From the NCBI GenBank assembly GCA_965243135.1, contig OZ251539.1, positions 1,248,001 to 1,312,000 of the forward strand: a DNA stretch of 64,000 nt. Reading direction: 5' to 3'. This document shows positions 30,069 to 41,798 of this stretch, piece after piece. A program made the translations under genes and the position numbers. Each line of letters begins with the position of its first letter. Position 1 is the first letter of the stretch. Source of the DNA: Alphaproteobacteria bacterium. GTDB taxonomy: Bacteria; Pseudomonadota; Alphaproteobacteria; MPNO01; UBA830. The notes under the pieces are model-generated. The model worked only from the letters and a program-made list of their open reading frames with translations, ran no database searches and was not told where the DNA came from.

Positions 30069-30417
30069 CCGGAGAGGGTAAGCCGCCGCGCCGGAGTCGT
30101 CAAGAAGTCGGCAGTTTCCGCGGCGGTACGGGCGGCCGGCGGGGGAAAGCGCGGAGGCGAGCGAACCTGTCGCTCCGCGGAAGTCCTGCCCCGCTAAGGC
30201 GAGCGCGTTCGACACGCTCAACGCACGGCTTGGAGGCCGTTGCGCGACGCTCTTCGCAGCCGCAGTACGCCGGCCCGGACGCCTTCCCGCGACTTTTCAG
30301 GCGCTTACCGATCGAGCGCCGCGCGAGCGACGAGCGCTGCCGCCTTCGACGGAGCGCAGGCCGGACCCGCGTCGCGGACGGCGTTCTTTCGCGGAGGCGG
30401 CCGTGACGGGAAGCCGT

Positions 30418-31953
30418 TCAGGCGGGCTCGCAATCGAAGCCGACGACGTTGCGCTCTTCGCGGCTGAACTCTACCCCGATCAGGTGGACCGAACGTCCGA
30501 GACGGCGATACTTGTCAGCGTAGCCCTTCTCCCGCAACTGCGCGAGCGCGGTCCCCTCCCGCCCGCGCTCCACCACCTTGAACTCGAACAGGTAGACGCG
30601 CCCGCCGGCGCGGATCGCCATGTCGGCGCGCCCCCGGCTGCCGCTGTCCTCGGCCACCGGCTCGAGGCCCTCCATCAGGAAGCAGCTGTGGATGACGCTC
30701 GCGTAGTGGGCCTCGTATTTCGCGACCGGGCTGTTCATGTACCACTGGTGCGGGATGGCGGCGAAGACGCCGCGGAACAGGGTCTCGAGGCGCTCGAAAT
30801 CGTTCGCCTCCAGCAGTTCGCCCAGCTGCAGACGTTCCGTCTTCTTGCGGGCCTCGACCGGGAGCAGTTCTCCCAGCAGGGCCTCGCCCAGGCTCCGGCG
30901 CACCTCGAGGTTCGGGTAGTCCAGCCGGTAGCGCCCCTCCTCCTCGCCGGCGATGGTGAGGTAGCCGGTCTGGAACAGAAGCGCCTCGACCGAGATCCTG
31001 TCCACGTCGAAGGTCGAGAGCAGGCTCTCGCTGCCGGTCATGCCGTCCAGGTCGGGAGTGGGCAGGTCGCGGCGCGCCAGCGTCTCGACCAGGAAGGTCG
31101 GGGTGCCGCTCTGGAACCAGTACGGGCGGAACTCGCGCCGCCGAAACAGCAGCAGGAGGCCGAACGGGTTGTAGACCCTCTCCGGCCCGCGCCAGTTGTA
31201 GCCGTTATACCAGCACCGGACCTCGTCCCGGTCCAGGCCCTCGAGTTCCGGGGCGAAGACCGCGTCCAGTTCCGCGTCCGTATAGCCGCAAATGTCCGAG
31301 AACTCCGGCTCCAGCGTGACGTCGATCAGGTTGTTCAGGCCCGAGAACAGGCCTGCCTGCGAAAACTTGCTCACCCCCGTCAGGAAAACGAAGCGGAGAT
31401 GCCTGTCGCAGTCCTTGATCACCCCGTACAGGTCGCGCAGGAAGCCGCGGTTGGCCAGCGCCAGTTCCCGGTCGCCGAGCGCGTCCAGGATCGGCTTGTC
31501 GTACTCGTCCACCAGAACGACCGCCCGCTGCCCGGTGCGCTCGTGCAGTTCGGAGATCAGATGGTGCAGGCGGTCGGAGGCGTCCGGGTAGCCGCATTGG
31601 ACGCCGGCGCGCTTTTCGGCGGCGTCGAGCTGCATCATCGTGTTCCTGTGCAGCCGGTCGGGGACGACGAAATTGCGCCCGCCGAAACTGAGCCGCACAA
31701 CCGGATGGCGCGCCGACCAGTCCCACTTGCCGTGCACGGCGAGGCCCCGGAACAACTCCTCGCTCCCCTCGAACAACTCCTGCAGCGTGTCCACCAGGAG
31801 GGTCTTGCCGAACCGGCGCGGACGCGACAGGAAATAGTACTTGCCCATCTCGACGAGGCGGCGCACATGGTCCGTTTTGTCGACGTAGTAGCAATCCATC
31901 CCCTGGATCTCCCGGAGGGAGGAAAAGCCGATCGGAAGCATGCGTTTCGTCAT
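30418..31953 (-). CDS. AAA-ATPase-like + PD-(D/E)XK nuclease, array copy 6
   Basis: Intact ORF from MTKRMLPIG, same motifs. Confidence 0.9.
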   Translation of the reverse strand: MTKRMLPIGFSSLREIQGMDCYYVDKTDHVRRLVEMGKYYFLSRPRRFGKTLLVDTLQELFEGSEELFRGLAVHGKWDWSARHPVVRLSFGGRNFVVPDRLHRNTMMQLDAAEKRAGVQCGYPDASDRLHHLISELHERTGQRAVVLVDEYDKPILDALGDRELALANRGFLRDLYGVIKDCDRHLRFVFLTGVSKFSQAGLFSGLNNLIDVTLEPEFSDICGYTDAELDAVFAPELEGLDRDEVRCWYNGYNWRGPERVYNPFGLLLLFRRREFRPYWFQSGTPTFLVETLARRDLPTPDLDGMTGSESLLSTFDVDRISVEALLFQTGYLTIAGEEEGRYRLDYPNLEVRRSLGEALLGELLPVEARKKTERLQLGELLEANDFERLETLFRGVFAAIPHQWYMNSPVAKYEAHYASVIHSCFLMEGLEPVAEDSGSRGRADMAIRAGGRVYLFEFKVVERGREGTALAQLREKGYADKYRRLGRSVHLIGVEFSREERNVVGFDCEPA

Positions 31954-32766
31954 CCGAAGAGGGTAGGCCGCCATGCCGGAGCCGTCAAGAAGTCAGCGGT
32001 CGCGAGGCACGGCGGATCTTTTCTCCGGGTAAAAGCTCTCTCCCTGTCAATTCCGAGGCGCAACGCAGGCAGTCGGCAATCTCCGTCGCGAGGCGGTACG
32101 GGCTTCGCAGCGAGTCAAGCGTCCCGCCCCTCGTCCCCCCGAAGGCCGCCGCGCGACGCTCTTCGCAGCGGCAACGCGTTCCCGGAATCTCCACGCCGGT
32201 CCCGAAAGGCGCACTACGCACGCTTACCGGTCGGGCGAGCGCGGCCCACCAAAGTCCGTCTCGCGGTCAGAGATCCCCGAGCAAGCCCCCTGTCGCCGCG
32301 CCCAGGCAAGAAGTCCGCCGCGACACCGTACAGGCAGCGCCGGGCGTCTCTCCGGCCCCTGCAAGCGGCATGACGAGGACACCACCCGGAAAGCGAGGAC
32401 AGGACGTCACATTGCCCTTCCGTTCCTGAGCGGGTTCTCCCATGTCGGCGGTCGACCGAAGACGCGCTCCGGGGCCGCCGTTCCGCAGGAATCTTCTCCG
32501 CCGAAATGATCCTCCTGTCAATTCCGACGCGGCCGTCGACGAGAACGGCCGGCTCTCCCGCCCCGCAGCGCGGCGCAGAACCCGGAGACGCGCCCGGCCC
32601 GCGAAGCCTGCAAGGAGACGCCGCCGCGGCCCCGAGGCGGCCTCCTCGGCCGGGCGGCCCGTCAAGCCGCGCGACGAACCGGCGGAACCGGCTGCCGCCG
32701 CAGGCCGAACCACGGGCGGCGTTCTTTCGCAGAGGCGGCCGTGTCCGAACGGAACCTCGTCCGGCT

Positions 32767-34299
32767 TCAGGCGGCCTCGCAATCGAACCCGACGACGTTG
32801 CGCTCCGCCCGGCTGAACTCCACCCCGATCAGGTGGACCGAACGCCCGAGGCGGCGGTACTTGTCCGCGTAGCCCTTCTCCCGCAACTGCGCGATCGCGG
32901 TCCCCTCCCGTCCGCGCTCCACCACCTTGAACTCGAACAGGTAGACGCGCCCGCCGGCGCGGATCGCCATGTCGGCGCGCCCCCGGCTGCCGCTGTCCTC
33001 CGCGACCGGCTCGAGGCCCTCCATCAGGAAGCAGCTGTGGATGACGCTCGCGTAGTGGGCCTCGTACTTCGCGACGGGGCTGGTCGCGTACCACTGGTGC
33101 GGGATGGCAGCGAAAATGCCGCGGAACAGGGTTTCGAGACGCCTGAAGTCGTTCGCCTCCAGCAATTCGCCCAGCCGCAGGTTCTCCGTCTCCTCGCGGG
33201 CCTCGTCCGGGAGCAGTTCTTCCAGCAGGGCCTCGCCCAGGCTCTGGCGCACTTCGAGGTTCGGGTAGCCCAGCCTGTAGCGCCCGTTCTCCTCGCCGGC
33301 GATGGTGAGGTAGCCGGTCTGGAACAGAAGCGCCTCGACCGACATCCTGTCCACGTCGAAGGCCGAGAGCAGGCTCTCGCTGCCGATCATTCCGTCCAGG
33401 CGTGGAGTGGGCAGGTTGCGGCGCGCCAGCGTCTCGACCAGGAAGGTCGGGGTGCCGCTCTGGAACCAGTACGGGCGGAACTCGCGCCGCTGAAACAGCA
33501 GCAGCAGGCCGAACGGGTTGTAGACCCTCTCCGGCCCGCGCCAGTTGTAGCCGTTGTACCAGCGCCGGATCTCGTCCCGGTCCAGGCCCTCGAGTTCCGG
33601 GGCGAAGGCCGCGTCCAGCTCCGCGTCCGTGCAGCCGCAGATGTCCGAGAACTCCGGCGCCAGCGTGATGTCGTTCAAATTGTTCAGGCCCGAGAACAGG
33701 CCCGATAACTTGCTCACCCCCGTCAGGAAAACGAAACGCAGCTGCCTGTCGCATGCCTTGATCACCCCGTACAGGCTGCGCAGGAAGTCGCGGTTGGCCA
33801 GCGCCACTTCCCGGTCGCCGAGCGCGTCCAGGATCGGCTTGTCGTACTCGTCCACCAGAACGACCGCCCGCTGTCCGGCGCGCTCGTGCAGCGTCCTTAT
33901 CAGGCGCCGGAAACGGACCGCCGCCCCCGGGGGGCCCGGTTCGAGGCCGGCCTGCATCTCCGTCTCTTCCAACTGCGCTTCCACGGTTCCCCGAACCCCG
34001 TCCGGGGTGTCGAAACGGCCCACGCCGCTGAAATCCAGCCGCACGACCGGATGGCGCGCCGACCAGTCCCACTTGCCGTGCACGGCGAGGCCGCGGAACA
34101 ACTCCTCGCTTCCTTCGAACAACTCCTGCAGGGTGTCCACCAGCAGGGTCTTGCCGAACCGGCGCGGACGCGACAGGAAATAGTACTTGCCCCCTTCGAT
34201 GAGGCGGCGCGCATGGTCCGTCTTGTCGACGTAGTAGCAGTCCATCCCCCGGATCTCCCGGAGGGAGGAAAAGCCGATCGGAAGCATGCGTTTCGTCAT
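32767..34299 (-). CDS. AAA-ATPase-like + PD-(D/E)XK nuclease, array copy 7
   Basis: Intact ORF; unique RLDFSGVGRFDTPDG variant. Confidence 0.9.
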   Translation of the reverse strand: MTKRMLPIGFSSLREIRGMDCYYVDKTDHARRLIEGGKYYFLSRPRRFGKTLLVDTLQELFEGSEELFRGLAVHGKWDWSARHPVVRLDFSGVGRFDTPDGVRGTVEAQLEETEMQAGLEPGPPGAAVRFRRLIRTLHERAGQRAVVLVDEYDKPILDALGDREVALANRDFLRSLYGVIKACDRQLRFVFLTGVSKLSGLFSGLNNLNDITLAPEFSDICGCTDAELDAAFAPELEGLDRDEIRRWYNGYNWRGPERVYNPFGLLLLFQRREFRPYWFQSGTPTFLVETLARRNLPTPRLDGMIGSESLLSAFDVDRMSVEALLFQTGYLTIAGEENGRYRLGYPNLEVRQSLGEALLEELLPDEAREETENLRLGELLEANDFRRLETLFRGIFAAIPHQWYATSPVAKYEAHYASVIHSCFLMEGLEPVAEDSGSRGRADMAIRAGGRVYLFEFKVVERGREGTAIAQLREKGYADKYRRLGRSVHLIGVEFSRAERNVVGFDCEAA

Positions 34300-34956
34300 C
34301 CGAAGAGGGTAGGCCGCCATGCCGGAGCCGTCAAGAAGTCGGCGGTCGCGAGGCACGGCGGATCTTTTCTCCGGGTAAAAGCCTCTCTCCCTGTCAATTC
34401 CGAGGCGCAACGCAGGCAGTCGGCAATCTCCGTCGCGAGGCAGTACGGGCTTCGCGGGAGTCAAGCGTCCCGCCCTTCGTCCCCCCCGAAGGCCGCCGCG
34501 CGACGCTCTTCGCCGCGGCAACGCGTTCCCGGAATCTCCACGCGGGTCCCGAAAGGTGCACTACGCACGCTTACCGGTCGGGCGAGCAGCGAGGACAGGA
34601 CGTCACATTGCCCTTCCGTTCCTGAGCGGGTTCTCCCATGTCGGCGGTCGACCGAAGACGCGCTCCGGCGGCCGCGACAGCGCTCCGGGGCCGCCGTTCC
34701 GCAGGAATCTTCTCCGCGCGAAATGAATTTTCTCGCCCTCTCAAGCCTTGCCTCCCGGCTCCGGCATCGTCGAACGGGGCCGGCCCGCAAAGCCTGCCGG
34801 CGCGCGAGCGCCCGCAGGGAGACGCCGCCGGCCACGAGGCGGCCTCCTCGCCGGGCGGCCCGTCAAGCCGCGCGACGAACCGGCGGGACCGGCTGCCGCC
34901 GCAGGCCGAACTCGCGGCGGCGTTCTTTTGCGGAGGCGGCCGTGACGGGAAGCCGT

Positions 34957-36474
34957 TCAGGCGGGCTCGCAGTCGAACCCGACGACGTTGCGCTCCTCGC
35001 GGCTGAACTCCACCCCGATCAGGTGGACCGAACGACGGCGGTACTTGTCCGCATAGCCCTTCTCCCGCAGTTGCGCGAGCGCGGTCCCCTCCCGCCCGCG
35101 CTCCACCACCTTGAACTCGAACAGGTAGACGCGCCCGCCGGCGCGGACCGCCATGTCGGCGCGCCCCCGGCTGCCGCTGTCCTCGGCGACCGGCTCAAGG
35201 CCCTCCATCAGGAAGCAGCTGTGGATGACGCTCGCGTAGTGGGCCTCGTACACCGGGCTGTTCAAGTACCACTGGTGCGGGATGGCGGCGAAGACGCCGC
35301 GGAACAGGGTCCCGAGGCGCTCGAAGTCGTTCGCTTCCAGCAATTCGCCCAGCCGCAGGCGCTCCGTCTTCTTGCGCGCCGCGTTCGGGAGCAGTTCTTC
35401 CAGCAGGGCCTCGCCCAGGCTCCGGCGCACCTCGAGGTTCGGGTAGTCCAGCCTGTAGCGCCCGTCCTCCTCGCCCGCGATGGTGAGGTAGCCGGTCTGG
35501 AACAGAAGCGCCTCGACCGAGATATTGTCCACGTCGAAGGTCGAGAGCAGGCTCTCGCTGCCGATCATGCCGTCCAGGTCGGGAGTGGGCAGGTCGCGGC
35601 GCGTCAGCGTCTCGACCAGGAAGGTCGGCGTGCCGCTCTGGAACCAGTACGGGCGGAACACGCGCCGCCGAAACAGCAGCAGGAGGCCGAACGGGTTGTA
35701 GACCTTTTCCGGTCCGAGCCAGTTGTAGCCGTTGTACCAGCGGCGGACCTCGTCCCGGTCCAGACCCTCGAGTTCCGGGGCGAAGACCGCGTCCAGTTCG
35801 TCGTCCGTGCAGCCGCAGATGTCCGAGAACTCCGGCTCCAGCGTGACGTCGATCAGGTTGTTCAGGCCCGAGAACAGGCCCGCCAACTTGCTCACCCCCG
35901 TCAGGAAAACGAAACGGAGCTGCTCGTCGCAGTCCTTGATCATCGCGTAGAAGCCGCGCAGGAAGTCGCGGTTGGCCAGCGCCAGTTCCCGGTCGCCGAG
36001 CGCGTCCAGAATCGGCTTGTCGTACTCGTCCACCAGAACGACCGTTCGCTGCCCGGTGCGCTCGTGCAGCGTCCTTATCAGGCGCCGGAAACGGACCGAC
36101 GCCTCGGCGGGGCCCGGTTCGAGGCCGGCCAGCCGCTCCGTTTCCTCCAACTGGTCTTCCACGTTGCTCCGAATGAAGTCCGGGGAGTCGAAATTGCCCC
36201 CGCCGAAGCTGATCCGCACGACAGGATGGCGCGCCGACCAGTCCCACTTGCCGTGTATGGCGAGGCCCCGGAACAACTCCTCGCTTCCCTCGAACAGCTT
36301 CTGCAGCGTGTCCACCAGCAGCGTCTTGCCGAACCGGCGCGGACGCGACAGAAAATAATATTGACCACCCTCGATAAGGCGGCGGACATGGTCCGTCTTG
36401 TCGACGTAGTAGCAGTCCATCCCCCGGATTTTCCGGAGGGAGGTCATGCCGATCGGAAGCATGCGTTTTGCCAT
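34957..36474 (-). CDS. AAA-ATPase-like + PD-(D/E)XK nuclease, array copy 8
   Basis: Intact ORF from MAKRMLPIGMTS. Confidence 0.9.
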   Translation of the reverse strand: MAKRMLPIGMTSLRKIRGMDCYYVDKTDHVRRLIEGGQYYFLSRPRRFGKTLLVDTLQKLFEGSEELFRGLAIHGKWDWSARHPVVRISFGGGNFDSPDFIRSNVEDQLEETERLAGLEPGPAEASVRFRRLIRTLHERTGQRTVVLVDEYDKPILDALGDRELALANRDFLRGFYAMIKDCDEQLRFVFLTGVSKLAGLFSGLNNLIDVTLEPEFSDICGCTDDELDAVFAPELEGLDRDEVRRWYNGYNWLGPEKVYNPFGLLLLFRRRVFRPYWFQSGTPTFLVETLTRRDLPTPDLDGMIGSESLLSTFDVDNISVEALLFQTGYLTIAGEEDGRYRLDYPNLEVRRSLGEALLEELLPNAARKKTERLRLGELLEANDFERLGTLFRGVFAAIPHQWYLNSPVYEAHYASVIHSCFLMEGLEPVAEDSGSRGRADMAVRAGGRVYLFEFKVVERGREGTALAQLREKGYADKYRRRSVHLIGVEFSREERNVVGFDCEPA

Positions 36475-37177
36475 CCAAAGAGGGTAGGCCGCCGCGCCGG
36501 AGCCGTCAAGAAGTCGGCGGTCGCGAGGCACGGCGGACCTTTTCTCCGGTTAAAAGCTCTCTCCCTGTCAATTCTGAAGCGTAACGCAGGCAGTCGGCAA
36601 TCTCCGTCGCGAGGCAGTACGGGCTTCGCGGCGAGTCAAGCGTCCCGCCCTCGTCCCCCCGAAGGCCGCCGCGCGATCAGAGATCCCCGAGCAAGCCCCC
36701 TGTCGCCGCGCCCAAGCAAGAAGTCCGCCGCGACGCCGTACAGGCAGCGCCGGGCGTCTCTCCGGCACAGCCCCTGCAAGCGGCATGGCGAGGACACCAC
36801 CCGGAAAGCGAGGACAGGACATCGCATTGCCCTTTCGTTCCTGAGCGGGTTCTCCCATGTCGGCGGTCGACCGAAGACGCGCTCCGGCGGTCGCGACAGC
36901 GCTCCGGGGCCGCCGTTCCGCAGGAATCTTCTCCGCGCGAAATCAATTTTCTCGCCCTCTCAAGCCTTGCCTTCCGGCCCCGGCATCGTCGAACGGGCGC
37001 CGGTCCGCAAAGCCTGCCGACGCGCGAGCGCCTGCAAGGAGACGCCGCCGGCCACGAGGCGGCCTCCTCGGCCGGGCGGACCGTCAAGCCACGCGGCGAA
37101 CCGGCAGAACCGGCTGCCGCCGCAGGCCGAACCCGCGGCGGCGTTCTTTCGCGGAGGCGGCCGTGACGGAAAGCCGT

Positions 37178-38713
37178 TCAGGCGGTCTCGCAATCGAAGC
37201 CGACGACGTTGCGCTCCTCGCGGCTGAACTCCACCCCGATCAGGTGGACCGAACGTCCGAGACGGCGGTACTTGTCCGCATAGCCCTTCTCCCGCAGCTG
37301 CGCGAGCGCGGTCCCCTCCCGCCCGCGCTCCACCACCTTGAACTCGAACAGGTAGACGCGCCCGCCGGCGCGGATCGCCATGTCGGCGCGCCCCCGGCTG
37401 CCGCTGTCCTCGGCAATCGGCTCAAGGCCCTCCATCAGGAAGCAGCTGTGGATGACGCTCGCGTAGTGGGCCTCGTACTTCGCGACGGGGCTGTTCATGT
37501 ACCACTGGTGCGGGATGGCGGCGAAAATGCCGCGGAACAGGGTTTCGAGACGCTTGAAGTCGTTCGCCTCCAGCAATTCGCCCAGCCGCAGGTTCTCCGT
37601 CTCCTCGCGGGCCTCGTCCGGGAGCAATTCTCCCAGCAGGGCCTCGCCCAGGCTCCGGCGCACCTCGAGGTTCGGATAGTCCAGCCTGTAACGCCCGTCC
37701 TCCTCGCCGGCGATGGTGAGGTAGCCGGTCTGGAACAGAAGCGCCTCGACCGAGATCCTGTCCACGTCGAAGGTCGAGAGCAGGCTCTCGCTGCCGATCA
37801 TGCCGTCCAGGCGTGGAGTGGGCAGGTTGCGGCGCGCCAGCGTCTCGACCAGGAAGGTCGGCGTGCCGCTCTGGAACCAGTACGGGCGGAACTCGCGCCG
37901 CCGAAACAGCAGCAGGAGGCCGAACGGGTTGTAGACCCTCTCCGGCCCGCGCCAGTTGTAGCCGTTGTACCAGCACCGGACCTCGTCCCGGTCCAGGCCC
38001 TCGAGTTCCGGGGCGAACACCGCGTCCAGTTCCGCATCCGTATAGCCGCAAATGTCCGAGAACTCCGGCTCCAGCGTGACGTCGATCAGGTTGTTCAGGC
38101 CCGAGAACAGGCCCGCCTGCGAGAACTTGCTCACCCCCGTCAGAAAAACGAAACGGAGATGCCTGTCGCAGTCCTTGATCGCCCCGTACAGGCTGCGCAG
38201 GAAGTCGCGGTTGGCCCGCGCCAGTTCCCGGTCGCCGAGCGCGTCCAGGATCGGCTTGTCGTACTCGTCCACCAGAACGACCGCCCGCTGCCCGGTGCGC
38301 TCGTGCAAGGCCTCGATCAATTCCCCGAAACGGTTCGACGCCTCGACGGGATCCGGTTCGAGGCCGGCGCGCCTCTCCGCCGCCGCCAGCTGCCTTTCCA
38401 CGGTTATCCGAACCCCGTCCGGCGCACGGAAATTGCCCCTGCCGAAACTGAGCCGCACGACCGGATGGCGCGTCGACCAGTCCCACTTGCCGTGCACGGC
38501 GAGGCCCCGGAACAACTCCTCGCTTCCCTCGAACAGCTCCTGCAGCGTGTCCACCATGAGGGTCTTGCCGAACCGGCGCGGACGCGACAGGAAATAGTAC
38601 TTGCCCCTCTCGACGAGGCGGCGCACATGGTCCGTCTTGTCGACGTAGTAGCAGTCCATCCCCCGGATCTCCCGGAGGGAGGAAAAGCCGATCGGAAGCA
38701 TGCGTTTCGTCAT
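37178..38713 (-). CDS. AAA-ATPase-like + PD-(D/E)XK nuclease, array copy 9
   Basis: Intact ORF, same motifs. Confidence 0.9.
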   Translation of the reverse strand: MTKRMLPIGFSSLREIRGMDCYYVDKTDHVRRLVERGKYYFLSRPRRFGKTLMVDTLQELFEGSEELFRGLAVHGKWDWSTRHPVVRLSFGRGNFRAPDGVRITVERQLAAAERRAGLEPDPVEASNRFGELIEALHERTGQRAVVLVDEYDKPILDALGDRELARANRDFLRSLYGAIKDCDRHLRFVFLTGVSKFSQAGLFSGLNNLIDVTLEPEFSDICGYTDAELDAVFAPELEGLDRDEVRCWYNGYNWRGPERVYNPFGLLLLFRRREFRPYWFQSGTPTFLVETLARRNLPTPRLDGMIGSESLLSTFDVDRISVEALLFQTGYLTIAGEEDGRYRLDYPNLEVRRSLGEALLGELLPDEAREETENLRLGELLEANDFKRLETLFRGIFAAIPHQWYMNSPVAKYEAHYASVIHSCFLMEGLEPIAEDSGSRGRADMAIRAGGRVYLFEFKVVERGREGTALAQLREKGYADKYRRLGRSVHLIGVEFSREERNVVGFDCETA

Positions 38714-39430
38714 CCGAAGAGAGTAGGCCGCCGCGCCGGAGCCGTCAAGAAGTCGGCGGTCGCGAAGCACGGCGGATCTTTCTCCGGGCTCCCTGTCAGT
38801 TCTGAAGCGCAACGCAGGCAGTCGGCAATCTCCGTCGCGAGGCAGTACGGGCTTCGCGGCGAGTCAATCGTCCCGCTCCTCGTCCCCCCAAAGGCCGCCG
38901 CGCGACGCTCTTCTCAGCGGCAACGCGTTCCCGGAATCTCCACCCCGAAAGGCGCACTACGCACGCTTACCGGTCGGGCAAGCGCGATCCACCAAAGTCC
39001 GTCTCGCGATCAGAGATCCCCGAGCAAGCCCCCTGTCGCCGCGCCCAGGCAAGAAGAGTCCGGCGCGACGCCGTACAGGCAGCGCCGGGCGTCTCTCCGG
39101 CACAGCCCCTGCAAGCGGCATGACGAGGACACCACCCGAAAGCGAGGACAGGACATCGCATTGCCCTTCCGTTCCTGAGCGGGTTCGTCGGCGGTCGACC
39201 GAAGACGCGCTCCGGCGGCCGCGACAGCGCTCCGGGACCGCCGTTCCGCAGGAATCTTCTCCGCGCGAAATTAATTTTCTCGCTCTCTCAAGCCTTGCCT
39301 CCCGGCATCGTCGAACGGGCGCCGGCCCGCAAAGCCTGCCGGGAACGGCGTGCGAGCGCCTGCAAGGAGACGCCGCCGGCCACGAGGCGGCCTCCTCGGC
39401 CGGGCGGCCCGTCAAGCCGCGCGACGAACC
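38714..39430. repeat. Inter-copy spacer nearly identical to 41012-41730; related to spacers at 32.0-32.7, 34.3-34.9 and 36.5-37.1 kb
   Basis: Line-by-line comparison shows only a few differences over ~700 bp. Confidence 0.85.
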
Positions 39431-39475
39431 GGCGGAACCGGCTGCCGAAATGTCCGAACGGGACCTCGTCCGGCT

Positions 39476-41011
39476 TCAGGCGGCCTCGCAATCGAAGCCG
39501 ACGACGTTGCGCTCCTCGCGGCTGAACTCCACCCCGATCAGGTGGACCGAACGTCCGAGATGGCGGTACTTGTCCGCGTAGCCCTTCTCCCGCAACTGCG
39601 CGAGCGCAGTCCCCTCCCGCCCGCGCTCCACCACCTTGAACTCGAACAGGTAGACGCGCCCGCCGACGCGGATCGCCATGTCGGCGCGCCCCCGGCTGCC
39701 GCTGTCCTCGGCGACCGGCTCAAGGCCCTCCATCAGGAAGCAACTGTGGATGACGCTCGCGTAGTGGGCCTCGTACTTCGCGACGGGGCTGTTCATGTAC
39801 CACTGGTGCGGGATGGCGGCGAAGACGCCGCGGAACAGGGTTTCGAGACGCTTGAAGTCGTTCGCCTCCAGCAGTTCGCCCAGCCGCAGGTTCTCCGTCT
39901 CCTCGCGGGCCTCGGCCGGGAGCAGTTCTTCCAGCAGGGCCTCGCCCAGGCTCTGGCGCACCTCGAGGTTCGGGTAGTCCAGCCTGTAGCGCCCGTCCTC
40001 CTCGCCGGCGATGGTGAGGTAGCCGGTCTGGAACAGAAGCGCCTGGACCGACATCCTGTCCACGTCGAAGGCCGAGAGCAGGCTCTCGCTGCCGATCATG
40101 CCGTCCAGGCGGGGAGTGGGCAGGTCGCGGCGCGCCAGCGTCTCGACCAGGAAGGTCGGCGTGCCGCTCTCGAACCAGTAGTTGCCGAACCTGCGCTCGG
40201 CGAACAGCAGCAGGAGGCCGAACGGGTTGTAGAGCCTCTCCGGCCCGCGCCAGTTGTAGCCGTTGTACCAGCGCCGGATCTCGTCCCGGTCCAGGCCCTC
40301 GAGTTCCGGGGCGAAGACCGCGTCCAGTTCCGCGTCCGTGCAGCCGCAGATGTCCGAGAACTCCGGCGCCAGCGTGATGTCGCGCAGGTTGTTCAGGCCC
40401 GAGAACAGGCCAGCCTTCGAGAACTTGCTCACCCCCGTCAGGAAAACGAAACGGAGATGCCTGTCGCTGTCCTTGATCATCGCGTAGAAGCCGCGCAGGA
40501 AGTCGCGGTTGGCCCGCGCCAGTTCCCGGTCGCCGAGCGCGTCCAGGATCGGCTTGTCGTATTCGTCCACCAGAACGACCGCCCGCCGCCCGGTGCGCTC
40601 GTGCAGCGTCCGTATCAGGCGCCGGAAACGGATCGACGCCTCGGCAGGCCCCGGTTCGAGGCCCGCCAGCCGCTCCGTCTCCTCCAGCTGGTCTTCCACA
40701 TCTTTCCGAACGAAGTCCGGAGTGTCGAAATTGCCCCCGCCGAAGCTGATCCGCACGACCGGGTGACGCGTCGACCAGTCCCACTTGCCGTGCACGGCGA
40801 GGCCCCGGAACAGCTCCTCGCTTCCCTCGAACAACTCCTGCAGCGTGTCCACCAGCAGGGTTTTGCCGAACCGGCGCGGACGCGACAGGAAGTAGTACTT
40901 GCCCCTCTCGACGAGGCGGCGGGCATGGTCCGTCTTGTCGACGTAGTAGCAATCCATCCCCCGGATCTCCCGGAGGGAGGAAAAGCCGATCGGAAGCATG
41001 CGTTTCGCCAT
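39476..41011 (-). CDS. AAA-ATPase-like + PD-(D/E)XK nuclease, array copy 10
   Basis: Intact ORF, same motifs. Confidence 0.9.
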   Translation of the reverse strand: MAKRMLPIGFSSLREIRGMDCYYVDKTDHARRLVERGKYYFLSRPRRFGKTLLVDTLQELFEGSEELFRGLAVHGKWDWSTRHPVVRISFGGGNFDTPDFVRKDVEDQLEETERLAGLEPGPAEASIRFRRLIRTLHERTGRRAVVLVDEYDKPILDALGDRELARANRDFLRGFYAMIKDSDRHLRFVFLTGVSKFSKAGLFSGLNNLRDITLAPEFSDICGCTDAELDAVFAPELEGLDRDEIRRWYNGYNWRGPERLYNPFGLLLLFAERRFGNYWFESGTPTFLVETLARRDLPTPRLDGMIGSESLLSAFDVDRMSVQALLFQTGYLTIAGEEDGRYRLDYPNLEVRQSLGEALLEELLPAEAREETENLRLGELLEANDFKRLETLFRGVFAAIPHQWYMNSPVAKYEAHYASVIHSCFLMEGLEPVAEDSGSRGRADMAIRVGGRVYLFEFKVVERGREGTALAQLREKGYADKYRHLGRSVHLIGVEFSREERNVVGFDCEAA

Positions 41012-41798
41012 CGTAAGAGAGTAGGCCGCCGCGCCGGAGCCGTCAAGAAGTCGGCGGTCGCGAGGCACGGCGGATCTTTCTCCGGGCTCCCTGTCAGTTC
41101 TGAAGCGCAACGCAGGCAGTCGGCAATCTCCGTCGCGAGGCAGTACGGGCTTCGCGGCGAGTCAATCGTCCCGCTCCTCGTCCCCCCAAAGGCCGCCGCG
41201 CGACGCTCTTCTCAGCGGCAACGCGTTCCCGGAATCTCCACCCCGAAAGGCGCACTACGCACGCTTACCGGTCGGGCAAGCGCGATCCACCAAAGTCCGT
41301 CTCGCGATCAGAGATCCCCGAGCAAGCCCCCTGTCGCCGCGCCCAGGCAAGAAGAGTCCGGCGCGACGCCGTACAGGCAGCGCCGGGCGTCTCTCCGGCA
41401 CAGCCCCTGCAAGCGGCATGACGAGGACACCCACCCGAAAGCGAGGACAGGACATCGCATTGCCCTTCCGTTCCTGAGCGGGTTCGTCGGCGGTCGACCG
41501 AAGACGCGCTCCGGCGGCCGCGACAGCGCTCCGGGGCCGCCGTTCCGCAGGAATCTTCTCCGCGCGAAATTAATTTTCTCGCTCTCTCAAGCCTTGCCTC
41601 CCGGCATCGTCGAACGGGCGCCGGCCCGCAAAGCCTGCCGGGAACGGCGTGCGAGCGCCTGCAAGGAGACGCCGCCGGCCACGAGGCGGCCTCCTCGGCC
41701 GGGCGGCCCGTCAAGCCGCGCGACGAACCGGTGGCTGCCGCCGCAGGCCGAACCGCGGGCGGCGTTCTTTCGCGGAGGCGGCCGTGACAGAAAGCCGT

